From a virus, in IMG/VR virus record IMGVR_UViG_3300042695_002264, positions 96,001-160,000 of that record: DNA of 64,000 bases. One strand, 5' to 3'. The notes beneath the pieces are model-generated. The model was not told the DNA's origin, did no database searches, and saw nothing but the letters and a program-made list of their open reading frames with translations. Within the stretch, counting starts at the first letter, position 1. Every line of letters begins with the position of its first letter. Below are positions 49,630-60,352 of the stretch, one piece after another. The position numbers and the translations under genes were made by a program.

Positions 49630-51065
49630 TATTCAATATATGGAGAAACGCTAAAATTTGTGAAATTTAAGTTTGCAGTGAAAATAACATCATGAACGCC
49701 ATCCAGACCATCCCCAGGATCATTTCCAGAATATCCACTTGCCCATACATACAATCTTTCATCGTTTCCTCCGCTCAAAAAAATGTTATATTTATTTGTG
49801 CCACCAAAAAGATCTGATTCGTCTTTTATATCAATTTGTAAATTTGTTGCACGTTGAGCCATGAAATATTTTTTACCATATATTCCAAAATTTTTTGCAT
49901 CAAAACTTGCATCAAAATCTGTAATATCATACCTAACGGCCATATAATTTATCTCGCCAAATAAAATTGTTCCCGTTTGAAGAAAAATTCCAGAATATGA
50001 AGTTTTTGGAACTTTCAAGGTTTTCATAATTTCCTTTCCAGATAAGAAAGCTTTCATATGCATATTTGTAGTAAATGTATTATCTACAGACCCACCAAAA
50101 GCAACAGCATATGGGTGTTTAAATGTTTGATTGTTAAAAATTCCATTTATTAATGAAGACCCTGTTACATTAACAAAATTACTTCCAGTATTATTTACAA
50201 AAGTCGAAAAACTATTTTGTAAATATCTAGAATCAACTGAATTAAAAGTATTTATGCCAGTATTTCCCTGCAACCTATTGCGATCTCCATCAATTAAACA
50301 TGATGTATTTTGATTAATTATATTCTCGTTGCCAATATAATTAATATTTAAATTATTACCTGCAAAAAACTGATTAACGCCCCAGCCTCTACCCGTATAT
50401 CCAACAAAAATACTGTTTAATCCAGTAACGGTGTTTAGATTAATATCTGAAGTTCCAATCAAAGAAACTGGATTTCCTTGAAGTCCATTTATTGAATTTA
50501 CCCCAGAAAATGCTGCTTGACCTGCATCAATAAAAATTGATTGGCCTGTAACAGTAACTTGAGCGCCATTTCTGCCAATTAAAGATATGTTACCAGTGGC
50601 ATTGTTTAATTTTCCTATACCAGAATTACGAATTGTTAATAAAGTTTTATTAGAATTATATACTGTTTCTATACTATTTGCCCCAGTAATAGAAATCCCA
50701 CTAATGGCCAATGTGGATAAATTAATTGGCCAAACATCAACATTTCCATATCCAGAAATATTCTGAAAGCTAAATCCTCCTCCAGCACCGCCAGAAGATC
50801 CAATATAAATTGTGTTTCCGCTTACTCTCGTATAAATTCCGCTTACTCCAGTGACAGAAACATTTCCAGCCAATCCGCCCAAAGATTGAACAAAATTTCC
50901 ATTTTCGCCATTTAGTGCGAAAAATAACGTATTTCCAATAGGAACAGATTTTAATCCAGAAACTCCACTTAAATTGCTATAATTTGGATATAAAGGATCT
51001 CCGTATGTTTTAACTAAGCCAGAAATATCTGGGTGAAGTTGTGAAGCGCGAATTAATGTTCTCAT
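49629..51065 (-). CDS. Putative head fibre protein with beta-shaft repeats
   Basis: Repeats VxSLxGxxGxVxxxGxxGI...TIxI; about 25 [S/T]G. Confidence 0.6.
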   Translation of the reverse strand: MRTLIRASQLHPDISGLVKTYGDPLYPNYSNLSGVSGLKSVPIGNTLFFALNGENGNFVQSLGGLAGNVSVTGVSGIYTRVSGNTIYIGSSGGAGGGFSFQNISGYGNVDVWPINLSTLAISGISITGANSIETVYNSNKTLLTIRNSGIGKLNNATGNISLIGRNGAQVTVTGQSIFIDAGQAAFSGVNSINGLQGNPVSLIGTSDINLNTVTGLNSIFVGYTGRGWGVNQFFAGNNLNINYIGNENIINQNTSCLIDGDRNRLQGNTGINTFNSVDSRYLQNSFSTFVNNTGSNFVNVTGSSLINGIFNNQTFKHPYAVAFGGSVDNTFTTNMHMKAFLSGKEIMKTLKVPKTSYSGIFLQTGTILFGEINYMAVRYDITDFDASFDAKNFGIYGKKYFMAQRATNLQIDIKDESDLFGGTNKYNIFLSGGNDERLYVWASGYSGNDPGDGLDGVHDVIFTANLNFTNFSVSPYIE

Positions 51066-52957
51066 TTTTTAGCGTGATAAAGAATTGCAGCTTCGTCTTG
51101 TCCAATTTCGTGATGTGCAGCAATATCAAAAATTTCTTTTGAAATATTATTTTTTGTCACATCTTGAACTGGATTTTCAATATATTGATTGGCTTTATTT
51201 TTCCATTCAGATTTTTCTTCTGAAGAAATAATTATATTAGCTATATCAGAAGATATTTTTTTCTGTGATTGGTTTAATTTTTTAATTTTATATTTCTTCT
51301 TTAGCGTTTCAGAAATTAAATTTTCTAATTCATCTTTTTCTTTTAATACAGAGGCGATAAGAGTAGTACTAAATTTGTAAGACGCAACAGATCTCTGACC
51401 AGCTGGAGTAATTTTTTGCGTTGTTTGTTTTGTCGATATACCCGATGGCCTTCCAGATTGTTCTACGCCCTGCTTTGGATTTAATAATGGTGCATAAAAT
51501 CCTTGCTCTTTTTCTGAAATCATTTCCTTTTGAGACTCTTCAAGCTCGTAAGGCTCTGGCAATACATTAGTATTAATTGCAGATATTGCATCTTTTGGGG
51601 AAATTGCTCCAAGCTCAAGAAGTCTAGTATATACCCTAGAAAGCACAGCCGAATCATTTCTAAAATTATGTGTTTTCCATTTTGGAACAGGAACAGACTT
51701 AAAATTCATAGTTTTTGCTATATCACGAATTTGTGGCTCTAAAAATTTATTCATGAATTCGTGTCTTGCAAATTCAAGTCTTTTAAAGAAAGCATCCATT
51801 TTGGCGCTAGCATTTGCATATTTATCATCGCCAAAAATAATATTATTTAAGCCAAGTCGAATATCTCTATCTACAATTTCGTATTTTTTTGGATCAAGAA
51901 TATCGCCAATTTGTGGAATTACGAATTGTGCTTTTGTTGTATAATCCGCTATTAAAACTCTTCCAACGCTACCATTTTCAAAAATTTTACGAAGCACTTC
52001 CTGGCTTTTTTGGCTTGGTGGCCCAAGCTGTTCATCGCCTTGAGTAATTAATAATACAGCTTGTTGAATTGTTCTAGAAATAGCCATATCAACCTTTTTA
52101 AGCTCAAGCTTCCAGTTTATATCCTCTAATACAGGGAATCCCATCGGAACAGCCAATGGCTCATAATCCTGCTTTTTATAAAAAATACTAACAAGACGCT
52201 CAGAGTCCAAAGAAATTTCCAAAGACTGATTTCCATTTTTTATATTTCTAAGCTCTGGTATTGTAGATGCTATTTTCTTATCTTCTTCATTGCTTGGTCT
52301 TAATAGGGCACCAATCTCAAAAGAATTTAGTCTTTTTCTATATATTGGCGCAGTAAAGCTAGAAGAAGCTAATACTTGTATATCATATGGATTTAATATA
52401 ATATATTTAAGTGGCACCTTCAATGCAGCTTCCGCAATATTCATTTGTTGAAGTTTTCGCAAACTTTCTCTTGGAAATTCTCCAAATAGTTTATATACAA
52501 AAACATTTCCACTACGAAAATATTCTCGAAAAAACATATCGGTTAACTGCCACAAATTAATTTTTTCAGCCCAAATATTAAAAAAGTTTCTTGACTCTTT
52601 GTTTCCGCCAGAAAATGTAATTTCTGAGATTGCAAATTCTGTCATTAAGTCAATTGTGTTTCTAAAAATTGGCACATTCCAATATGCCTTTTGACACAAT
52701 AAAATAGTATCTTGCAATGAGATATTTGTAGCATATCTACTGCTATTTTTTTCATATAAAAATGGAGCAACGCCAGCTTCAAGATTAGCAAATCTTTGAA
52801 TTCTGGTTATGCTACCAGCAGAATTTGACCTTGAGCCTCTCTCTGGAGTCGTATCGCAAGAGCCAATTAGCTTATCATAATCATCCAAGCTAGCTGTTAA
52901 TGGCTCCGAAATCTCCCTTTTGCTCTTTTTAGACCTTGTACCTTTTTTAGATATCAT
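51062..52957 (-). CDS. Portal protein
   Basis: Directly after terminase; [26 protein letters not shown]. Confidence 0.8.
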   Translation of the reverse strand: MISKKGTRSKKSKREISEPLTASLDDYDKLIGSCDTTPERGSRSNSAGSITRIQRFANLEAGVAPFLYEKNSSRYATNISLQDTILLCQKAYWNVPIFRNTIDLMTEFAISEITFSGGNKESRNFFNIWAEKINLWQLTDMFFREYFRSGNVFVYKLFGEFPRESLRKLQQMNIAEAALKVPLKYIILNPYDIQVLASSSFTAPIYRKRLNSFEIGALLRPSNEEDKKIASTIPELRNIKNGNQSLEISLDSERLVSIFYKKQDYEPLAVPMGFPVLEDINWKLELKKVDMAISRTIQQAVLLITQGDEQLGPPSQKSQEVLRKIFENGSVGRVLIADYTTKAQFVIPQIGDILDPKKYEIVDRDIRLGLNNIIFGDDKYANASAKMDAFFKRLEFARHEFMNKFLEPQIRDIAKTMNFKSVPVPKWKTHNFRNDSAVLSRVYTRLLELGAISPKDAISAINTNVLPEPYELEESQKEMISEKEQGFYAPLLNPKQGVEQSGRPSGISTKQTTQKITPAGQRSVASYKFSTTLIASVLKEKDELENLISETLKKKYKIKKLNQSQKKISSDIANIIISSEEKSEWKNKANQYIENPVQDVTKNNISKEIFDIAAHHEIGQDEAAILYHAKK

Positions 52958-53013
52958 ATGCAGTTATTTATTACAGTAATGTATTCTGAAATTCATTTTA
53001 TTTAAAAATTAAA

Positions 53014-54918
53014 TTAAATTAGAGTTGGTATAAACTGTTCTCTTTTAATTTGAACATGGGTTTTGATTAATTCAAAATAACACTTTACGCCCCAGTTTCC
53101 TAATAATAGGGTGCTATAGTTATCTTTTCTAGGTTTATTATTTGCCGTTGAAGTTCTGGCCGATCTTGGAAGGTCAAAGCTTTGATGACCTCTGGAGGTT
53201 GATGTTACCTCAATATTTGCACACTGTTCTTTTGTTGAAATAATAATATCATCCTGAAGTTCAATAAATTCTCTTATTGATAATTTTCTATTATCTTCTT
53301 TAGAGTCGCCCTCTATAACGCCAGATCCATGAGGAAATACTAATTTTAATGGAATTCTTAAATTAAACATATAAGACATATATTCTGGATGATTGCTCGC
53401 GCGAGAAGCAAACCATATTTTTTTATGATCAATGCATGACTGCAAATAAGAATTAGATCTCATAATCCAATCCGTGCTTGGCGTTTGTCTAATGCACATG
53501 CATCCCATGTCTGGACTATATTGTTTTTTTGCTTTAATAAGCATATCCACTTGATCCTGACCATCTTTAGTAGAATCCCATTCTGTTATATATGTTATTT
53601 TCTTATTTGCACCTTTAAACAATTCGCTTTCATTGCATGCATCAATTATTGTATCTATGTTTGAAGAGTCTGCTATAATTAAAACCGTATTAAAATGCGT
53701 TAATACATAATAGATATATTTTATGTGGTCCTGTAAATCTGCGCCAATTCTTTGATAGCCATGTACCAAAACCCCTTCTTCTTTTTCTTCATCAATCTCT
53801 ATAACCGACATTGCAAAAAAGTCTGATGATGCACTTTTTGAATAATTTGGGTCAATTGATAATATATATTTTTTTAAAGGATCACCAGTAACTTTAGAAT
53901 GTGGATATTCACCATCTGGAATGGTACATTCATTCATTTTACGCATGGAAAAATATCCATCGCCACCATCACGAAATTGTGCGCCATATTCGCGTTGAAA
54001 TGAATCTTCTGATATACTTGCTCTTTGTGACTGAATAAACTCTCGGTTTAATATGGTTGCTGGTATAGCTTCCCATCCCATTTGTGATATAAAATAAGTT
54101 GGCCTTTCCTCTTCCTTATTATTCATCGTCAAAATATCTGGACGTTCTACAAAATCATTCCAGTCAGAGTACATTTTATATAAATGCTGAAATTGATAAG
54201 ATGCAGATGACAAGCAAATCATTTGCGCGGCATTTTCAAAAATCATTTTATTATTAGGATGTAATGTGCCAGCTTTAATTAGCTCGTCCTCTAATTTTCT
54301 AACTTTAATTCTAAACGCAGCATCTCTTGGTGAAGACAGGAATGGTGCTAATACATCATTAATCATCTGTGGAGATAATAGCAAAACCTCATCAAGGATA
54401 AGAACGTCACAGCGCATACCTCGCGTATCTTCAGAAAGTGGAATGGCGCATATATATCCACCATTAACGTCCCATTGAAATTTATCGTTTCTTAAATATG
54501 GTTTTTTGTCAAAGCATGATCTTGCAAGCTGAGCTTCTTCTGTGTTTAATAGCCTTACAATTTCTTCAAAAATTCTACGGCTTGTTCTAAAATTCGCTGA
54601 AGCAATAACAATTCTAGTACCAGGCTCAAATATGCATTTTAATATACAATACCAACCAGCTAAAGTAGATTTCCCACCACCACGACTAAAAATAAGCATG
54701 CAATTATTCTTTTCAAACATTGCATTTATATGCATAACCTGCATAGGCTCCATATTAATACCAAGAATTAATTGTGATGTAAATCCAATATTATGGCGCA
54801 AAAATTTTGCTAAAGTTATTTTAGCCGTTCTATCATCAAGCTCTCCATGAAGATTTAGCAGTTCTTTATTTACATCTGCTATATCTTTTACTGGTTGATT
54901 TCCTGCCCAAATTGCCAT
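53014..54918 (-). CDS. terL: Terminase large subunit
   Basis: Walker A SRGGGKS, RG.R..VLILDE Walker B, LSSA, FQREYGAQF, nuclease SIDP...DFFA...KDNYS. Confidence 0.92.
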   Translation of the reverse strand: MAIWAGNQPVKDIADVNKELLNLHGELDDRTAKITLAKFLRHNIGFTSQLILGINMEPMQVMHINAMFEKNNCMLIFSRGGGKSTLAGWYCILKCIFEPGTRIVIASANFRTSRRIFEEIVRLLNTEEAQLARSCFDKKPYLRNDKFQWDVNGGYICAIPLSEDTRGMRCDVLILDEVLLLSPQMINDVLAPFLSSPRDAAFRIKVRKLEDELIKAGTLHPNNKMIFENAAQMICLSSASYQFQHLYKMYSDWNDFVERPDILTMNNKEEERPTYFISQMGWEAIPATILNREFIQSQRASISEDSFQREYGAQFRDGGDGYFSMRKMNECTIPDGEYPHSKVTGDPLKKYILSIDPNYSKSASSDFFAMSVIEIDEEKEEGVLVHGYQRIGADLQDHIKYIYYVLTHFNTVLIIADSSNIDTIIDACNESELFKGANKKITYITEWDSTKDGQDQVDMLIKAKKQYSPDMGCMCIRQTPSTDWIMRSNSYLQSCIDHKKIWFASRASNHPEYMSYMFNLRIPLKLVFPHGSGVIEGDSKEDNRKLSIREFIELQDDIIISTKEQCANIEVTSTSRGHQSFDLPRSARTSTANNKPRKDNYSTLLLGNWGVKCYFELIKTHVQIKREQFIPTLI

Positions 54919-54919
54919 A

Positions 54920-55840
54920 CTATATTATTTCTTTTTCAATGCAATATTGCAAATCTATTTTTTTAACTTCATCACCAAGGCCTAAAATTTTTAAAATTAA
55001 ATCAGTCATATGCTTTCTGCCATCACAATATACAATTTGAAAACATTCATATTTTTTATATAAATCTCTAACCCGATGAAATATATACTCTGGGCTTGTT
55101 GCAAACCACCGTTTTTTATTATAGGCCAAAGAGCTATATGATGCTTCGACCATTATAATAATATATCCATTATTATTTTGCGCTCTTAACAGTTCCCTTT
55201 CAAACCTTTCAAGGTTGGCACCAAAAGTTCCAAAAAAATCACTGAAACTTTTACGCTCAATAACAATTCTTGAAGCTGGAGATAATGCATAGTCGCCATA
55301 ATCAAGCGCAACATTTACTTTTCTCAAATCTTTTGCAAATTTTAAAGGTCTTTTTTCGCGGGTGTCAATTACTATTTGCTTTGCAGGTTTTGAATTAGTA
55401 GCTCGTATATCTAAATTATAATAATCATATTTAGACTCTTTATTGCTTTTGATACATATTTCATTATAGTTAGCCGAGCATAATTTTTCTATAAACCTAA
55501 TTGATGGTAAACAGCTTACTGTTTGTACAAAAAATTCTGGTGGTGCATTTTTTAAATTTTTAATATCACAGTATTTTTTAATTTTTCCAGATATATAATC
55601 TAAAGCTTTTTCTTTACCAACTTTAGCAAGCCAAGATTTCATAGAAATTTTATCTTCAAAATCTGAAAGAAAATACTGCTCTACTGATTTGAAATGTATT
55701 TTTTTCTTGTTTGATAGGTCATGTCTGGGATAAAATTGTTCGAAATATCTTTTTTGAGATATCTTGTGTTGCTTTAAATGTTTTGAAAGCTCTATCACGC
55801 CACTAAATTTTTTAGTGCAAAATTCACATTTAAGTTCCAT
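54920..55840 (-). CDS. ERCC4 (XPF/Mus81)-domain nuclease with N-terminal C2H2 zinc finger
   Basis: CEFC...HLKQH; IDTRE, GDY, IERKS..DF..T, RFERE, MVE. Confidence 0.85.
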   Translation of the reverse strand: MELKCEFCTKKFSGVIELSKHLKQHKISQKRYFEQFYPRHDLSNKKKIHFKSVEQYFLSDFEDKISMKSWLAKVGKEKALDYISGKIKKYCDIKNLKNAPPEFFVQTVSCLPSIRFIEKLCSANYNEICIKSNKESKYDYYNLDIRATNSKPAKQIVIDTREKRPLKFAKDLRKVNVALDYGDYALSPASRIVIERKSFSDFFGTFGANLERFERELLRAQNNNGYIIIMVEASYSSLAYNKKRWFATSPEYIFHRVRDLYKKYECFQIVYCDGRKHMTDLILKILGLGDEVKKIDLQYCIEKEII

Positions 55841-55841
55841 A

Positions 55842-56954
55842 TTAACCCACCAATTCTTCTATTGTTGCTCCGCGAAGAAGAGCTTTTATTTCACTCATTG
55901 AATTAATACGACCAGCCTCCTCTTTTATTTTCATTTTTTCTAGATCAGCTAGGTGTATTGTTTTTTTTCTAAACTCTTCATCTTTCCAAGCTTGTACTAA
56001 ATTTATAAGCTTTTCAAATCCATCGCTTTTTTCTTCTAAGCGTTTATTTCTTTTTGTTGTTAAATCGTTATATAATTTTGTTTTAATATTTTCGCATGAA
56101 TTAAGCTCAGTCTGCAGTACATTTATAGCCTCGTTCATTTTCATAGAAATTTCTCCTGCGGCCATGGTTGCGCGCAGAGATTCTATTCGCCTTTGAATTT
56201 CAGCCGCTCTTACAATTTGATTGCACAAAGTAATAAATTGATCCAAATCTTCCTGTGTTAAATCTGGCTTATCATGAGTATATCGAATAAAAGCATCTTC
56301 AAAAAGATCTCGATCTCCTTGAATTTTATAAGTATTAATTTGATATATGAAGCGAAATATATTTAAATATTTTTTAAGCTGCTGCATTTCAAAAAGCTGT
56401 TGTTTTTTTAATACCTCTTCGTTATATCCATAATTTAAATATTTATTTACGCGTTCAATTGTTTGTTTTAAAGTTTTTGGTGGTTTATATTCAGAATCTA
56501 TTAACTCTTCTGGATTATAATTAATATTAACAATTTCTAGTTCGTCTTTTGGCTGCGGTATATTATCTCTTTTAATAGTATCTTTAATTTCTTCAATTTT
56601 TGCATTAATTGTTCTATACTCTTGACTTAAATTGGTAAGAGCATCATTATTAAAAAGTTCTTTTGCTATCTCTAGCGCGCTTTTAACTCTAAAATTATTT
56701 TGTATATAAATAACCTGCTCTTCTGTTAAATCAATAAATCCTTTTAAAATAACCGTTCTTGTTTTAAATTTCAGCCCACTCTCTTTGCAGAAGGCTTTAA
56801 TTGCCCTAGCTTCTTTTGTTTTTCCATCCAGAGCATCATTTTCAAAAACACTCTTGACAATGTTTGAAAGTTCAGGCTCCAAATCTACAGAAAAAAAATC
56901 AAGCACTTTCTTTTTGTGCTCTTCAGAAAGTTCAAAATTTACTGAATCAGACAT
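55842..56954 (-). CDS. Hypothetical protein; terminase small subunit candidate by position
   Basis: HTH-like SALEIAKELF segment plus C-terminal coiled coil. Confidence 0.35.
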   Translation of the reverse strand: MSDSVNFELSEEHKKKVLDFFSVDLEPELSNIVKSVFENDALDGKTKEARAIKAFCKESGLKFKTRTVILKGFIDLTEEQVIYIQNNFRVKSALEIAKELFNNDALTNLSQEYRTINAKIEEIKDTIKRDNIPQPKDELEIVNINYNPEELIDSEYKPPKTLKQTIERVNKYLNYGYNEEVLKKQQLFEMQQLKKYLNIFRFIYQINTYKIQGDRDLFEDAFIRYTHDKPDLTQEDLDQFITLCNQIVRAAEIQRRIESLRATMAAGEISMKMNEAINVLQTELNSCENIKTKLYNDLTTKRNKRLEEKSDGFEKLINLVQAWKDEEFRKKTIHLADLEKMKIKEEAGRINSMSEIKALLRGATIEELVG

Positions 56955-56955
56955 A

Positions 56956-57639
56956 TTACATTATCATTTCTTTGACAATTTTCTTTGCTTTTATTACAAT
57001 CTGCGCTCTTATTTTTTTAACAAATTTATATCCAGTTTTTGTAGATCCATTTTTATAACCAAGCATTGTTATAACTTCTGTTTCTGGATATCCATCTACA
57101 AATAAATATGTATAAACCTTTTGCTGAACTGGCGTTAAAGATTTTAACATTTCGCTATGAACTTTTGGAACAAACGATTCAAAATCAAAACCGCTGGAAT
57201 CTGATGCGCGAGCATCAAACTCATTGCCCTCACCAAAAATTCTTTCATCATTTACGCTAACTGGCAACTTAACATCATAAGCATGTTTCTTTGTTTTCTC
57301 CCATTTTGCATAATCAGCACATTTAGAAGATTGAACATTATATAATTTACAATTATTTCCGCCAGCATTATGTGGACAATTTAAGCATGGTCGGGCATAG
57401 TTAGAGTAATTATTTCTAACAAGATTTATAATCTGATTTGTAATAACAGTATTTAGCCACGGAAGTAGCGCCATCTCTGGATTCCACTTTTCCCATTTTT
57501 TAAAAATATGCAGTCTTAACTTTTGCTCTACATCATTAAAATCCATCCATGCAATGGATGTTAATTTCCACTGAGAACGTCTTTTAGCTATCTCTTGATT
57601 TATTATATCCAAGCAGGACTCGAAAGATGGGCGTTCCAT
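56956..57639 (-). CDS. Phage sigma factor (ECF-like) with Cys-rich linker
   Basis: DVEQKLRLHIFKKW...WLNTVITNQIINLVR (region 2); CLNC...C...C; LTPVQQKVY...EVITMLG (region 4). Confidence 0.7.
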   Translation of the reverse strand: MERPSFESCLDIINQEIAKRRSQWKLTSIAWMDFNDVEQKLRLHIFKKWEKWNPEMALLPWLNTVITNQIINLVRNNYSNYARPCLNCPHNAGGNNCKLYNVQSSKCADYAKWEKTKKHAYDVKLPVSVNDERIFGEGNEFDARASDSSGFDFESFVPKVHSEMLKSLTPVQQKVYTYLFVDGYPETEVITMLGYKNGSTKTGYKFVKKIRAQIVIKAKKIVKEMIM

Positions 57640-57641
57640 AC

Positions 57642-58115
57642 TTATTCTTCGTTATCTATCATATCAATATTATTTTGATAATTTCGACCTGACATCTTAG
57701 CTTCAGAAACAAAACTTTCAGGTAGTGTTTTTGCTATTTTTTTTCTTCCACGCTTTTGCTTCGCTGATTGCTTTATAGATGTAGATTGTTTTTTCTGGCT
57801 TGGCTCATCTGATACTAAATCGCCAAGCCTAATTCCGTTGCTTTGATTATTTTTTTCTATATTTACATCAAGGCCACGCATTGAACTATAATCACCAATA
57901 ATTTCAGGATCAAATACTTCATCCACATGATCAACGCTATCCTTTTTATTTACAGCGATTGGATTTGTTATATTAACTTGAAATTGATTTGATTTAATAA
58001 TACTTGTTTGCGGTGCCACAATAGAAAATGAAGACCCACAATGAGAACAAAATTTTGGTTTTTGAAATTGGTAAAGGTTTTTACCGCCACACTTTGGACA
58101 AAAATAACTTAACAT
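57642..58115 (-). CDS. Zinc-ribbon protein
   Basis: CPKCG...KFCSHCG. Confidence 0.65.
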   Translation of the reverse strand: MLSYFCPKCGGKNLYQFQKPKFCSHCGSSFSIVAPQTSIIKSNQFQVNITNPIAVNKKDSVDHVDEVFDPEIIGDYSSMRGLDVNIEKNNQSNGIRLGDLVSDEPSQKKQSTSIKQSAKQKRGRKKIAKTLPESFVSEAKMSGRNYQNNIDMIDNEE

Positions 58116-58182
58116 AATTAAAATAAATTTATTATGTATTATTCTACAAAATAATAGAATAAAAATCTAATTTTAATTTATT

Positions 58183-59034
58183 TTATAATTTTTGGCTTGG
58201 GCACCAGCTATCTTGATAAACTTGAGAAATGTTTGTGCTATGAGCTTTAGTTTTCTTTTCTTTTTCTTTTTCAGCTAATTTGATTGCATCTTCTTTTTTG
58301 CGCTCTGTTATTTTTTTAACCACAAATTTGCAAAGCTCAGATCTTAAAATATCATCCTCTGTAAATTGAAAATGATGGATTCCCATCCTTTTTGATTCTT
58401 CGCATGAGAATAATTCAACAATTTTATCAAAAGCACCCTGTTTATTAAATGGAAGATCTGACTGCGATGAATCTGCACATATAATCATTTTTGTAAATTT
58501 TCCAATTCTTGTAAGTAATGTGGCAAACTCTGATAATGTGGCGTTTTGCATTTCGTCCATAAGCACTACCCTTGCTGCAAAACTCAGTCCACGACAAAAG
58601 TTAATAGGCTGATTTGTAATTCTATTATCTGTTTTTAATCTTTTTATCTGATCAATTGGCAAAAGTTCTTCTAGCTTGTCAGCAAATGGCATCATATAGA
58701 CATCATATTTAGATTGCAGATCGCCAGGCAAATATCCAAGCTTTGAATCGGCACTTTCTACAGCCGCTCTAACACATATAATATCAGAGACCTTTTTATC
58801 ATTTAACATTTGAAGTGCGGCCCTAACAGCAATTAATGTTTTGGATGAGCCAGCTGGTCCACTTACAAAAACAATTCTGGCTTCTTTATTATTAATTAAA
58901 TTAAAAAATTCTTTTTGCTTGCTAGTCCACTCCAACTCTCTTACTTTTAATTCAAAATCAATTTTGTCTCTTTGATATATTTTTGGACTTTTATCCTCAA
59001 TACGTACCTTTTTACTTCTTTTTTGATGTGACAT
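58183..59034 (-). CDS. phoH: PhoH-family ATPase
   Basis: GPAGSSKT, R.AVE...LGYLPGD, RGLSF, DEMQN, LTRIG, QSDL, DILRS. Confidence 0.93.
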   Translation of the reverse strand: MSHQKRSKKVRIEDKSPKIYQRDKIDFELKVRELEWTSKQKEFFNLINNKEARIVFVSGPAGSSKTLIAVRAALQMLNDKKVSDIICVRAAVESADSKLGYLPGDLQSKYDVYMMPFADKLEELLPIDQIKRLKTDNRITNQPINFCRGLSFAARVVLMDEMQNATLSEFATLLTRIGKFTKMIICADSSQSDLPFNKQGAFDKIVELFSCEESKRMGIHHFQFTEDDILRSELCKFVVKKITERKKEDAIKLAEKEKEKKTKAHSTNISQVYQDSWCPSQKL

Positions 59035-59155
59035 ACGCTTAATAGCAATTACATTGTTTTAATTACAAATAATATCATTTTTCATTTAATTGAATAATTA
59101 ATATTTAAATTTATAATATAGGTGTATCGCGCTATAAGATCTGTAATATTTACCA
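59035..59155. promoter_or_regulatory. Divergent intergenic region with TGTAAT motifs facing both directions
   Basis: Minus strand at 59048 and 59062; plus strand at 59142. Confidence 0.55.
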
Positions 59156-60352
59156 ATGCCAACAAATTTTCAACAGTCAAAAGATGTTCTTCACCCATTA
59201 GCGTTTGAATTTATAAATAAATGTAAAAATTTAAATGCCCAGCTCGATGCATCCGAAATAAATGCAATTGATTTTTTAACAAGGCAACTTTTACAAAACA
59301 ATCTTTGGGATAAATTCAAAGCAATATACCCATTTGTTGGAAAAAGCTCACAAACACATTCTTTAAATTTAAAAAATTTACAGAGGCATACTATAGTGTG
59401 GTATAATCAAAATGATTTAAAACACGATAAATTTGGAGTTACAAATAGCAATATTGGATATGGCAACACTATGGTTGCCCCAAGCTGGTTTAGTGATAAT
59501 GATATACATATATCAGTATATAACTCGACGTATTGGCAAAACACAAATGATACCGCTCCAATAATAGGATCTTCACCCGCAAGTGACCCGACTAAGGGAT
59601 GGATGCATACAATTTACTTAAGGTCATTAGCTCCTATTTTAAATTCACAAATAAATACATTATGGGACAGGGCACCAATCTTCACCTATTCCTGTGGTTA
59701 TTCATCCAATTCATCAGTGAGATTTGCAGGAACAGATGGTTCAGAGTTTCAACATGTAGAAACGTATGGTTTTATTGTTGGTGTAAATGGCATAAAATGC
59801 TATGTGAATGGAAATTTATATGGAAGACAGGGGGTAATTAACGATGTCTCAACGCAACCAATAAATCAAGTATCAACCAGAACTGTAAATGGAAATACCG
59901 CTCAAATACCAAACATATCTCAATTTCCATTCTTGTTATTCACAAATGGCAGATTCACGTCTACTAATGGACAAGCAAGGGCAAATATAAGATTTGCAAG
60001 TATTGGATATGAATTAACAGATCAAGAGAATAAAGTTTTATATAATATTATTCAAGAGTTCCAAAAAATACTTGGAAGAAGTGTTGAGCCAATAATATTA
60101 AAAACATTCCAGCAAAATCTTATAGACCAATATTTAACATTAAATATTAAAATAAATAAAATTTTTATACAACCAACAAAGCCATATCGTGAATATTTAA
60201 ATATTGAAATGCCACCAAAACAACAAAAGAAAATAAATGCGCTTTCAGCAAGCGTAGATATTTCAAGAATCGAAGTTTTCGGCCCAGTGCGGGTATTTTG
60301 CGCAGATACTTCAAAAACAACCGTATCAATACAGTCTTTAGTAGAATTATAA
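59156..60352 (+). CDS. Putative virion lectin-like protein
   Basis: AID.L...L...LWDKFKAIYPFVG...NL and FASIG..LT...LYNIIQ.FQ..LGR phage domain. Confidence 0.55.
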   Translation: MPTNFQQSKDVLHPLAFEFINKCKNLNAQLDASEINAIDFLTRQLLQNNLWDKFKAIYPFVGKSSQTHSLNLKNLQRHTIVWYNQNDLKHDKFGVTNSNIGYGNTMVAPSWFSDNDIHISVYNSTYWQNTNDTAPIIGSSPASDPTKGWMHTIYLRSLAPILNSQINTLWDRAPIFTYSCGYSSNSSVRFAGTDGSEFQHVETYGFIVGVNGIKCYVNGNLYGRQGVINDVSTQPINQVSTRTVNGNTAQIPNISQFPFLLFTNGRFTSTNGQARANIRFASIGYELTDQENKVLYNIIQEFQKILGRSVEPIILKTFQQNLIDQYLTLNIKINKIFIQPTKPYREYLNIEMPPKQQKKINALSASVDISRIEVFGPVRVFCADTSKTTVSIQSLVEL

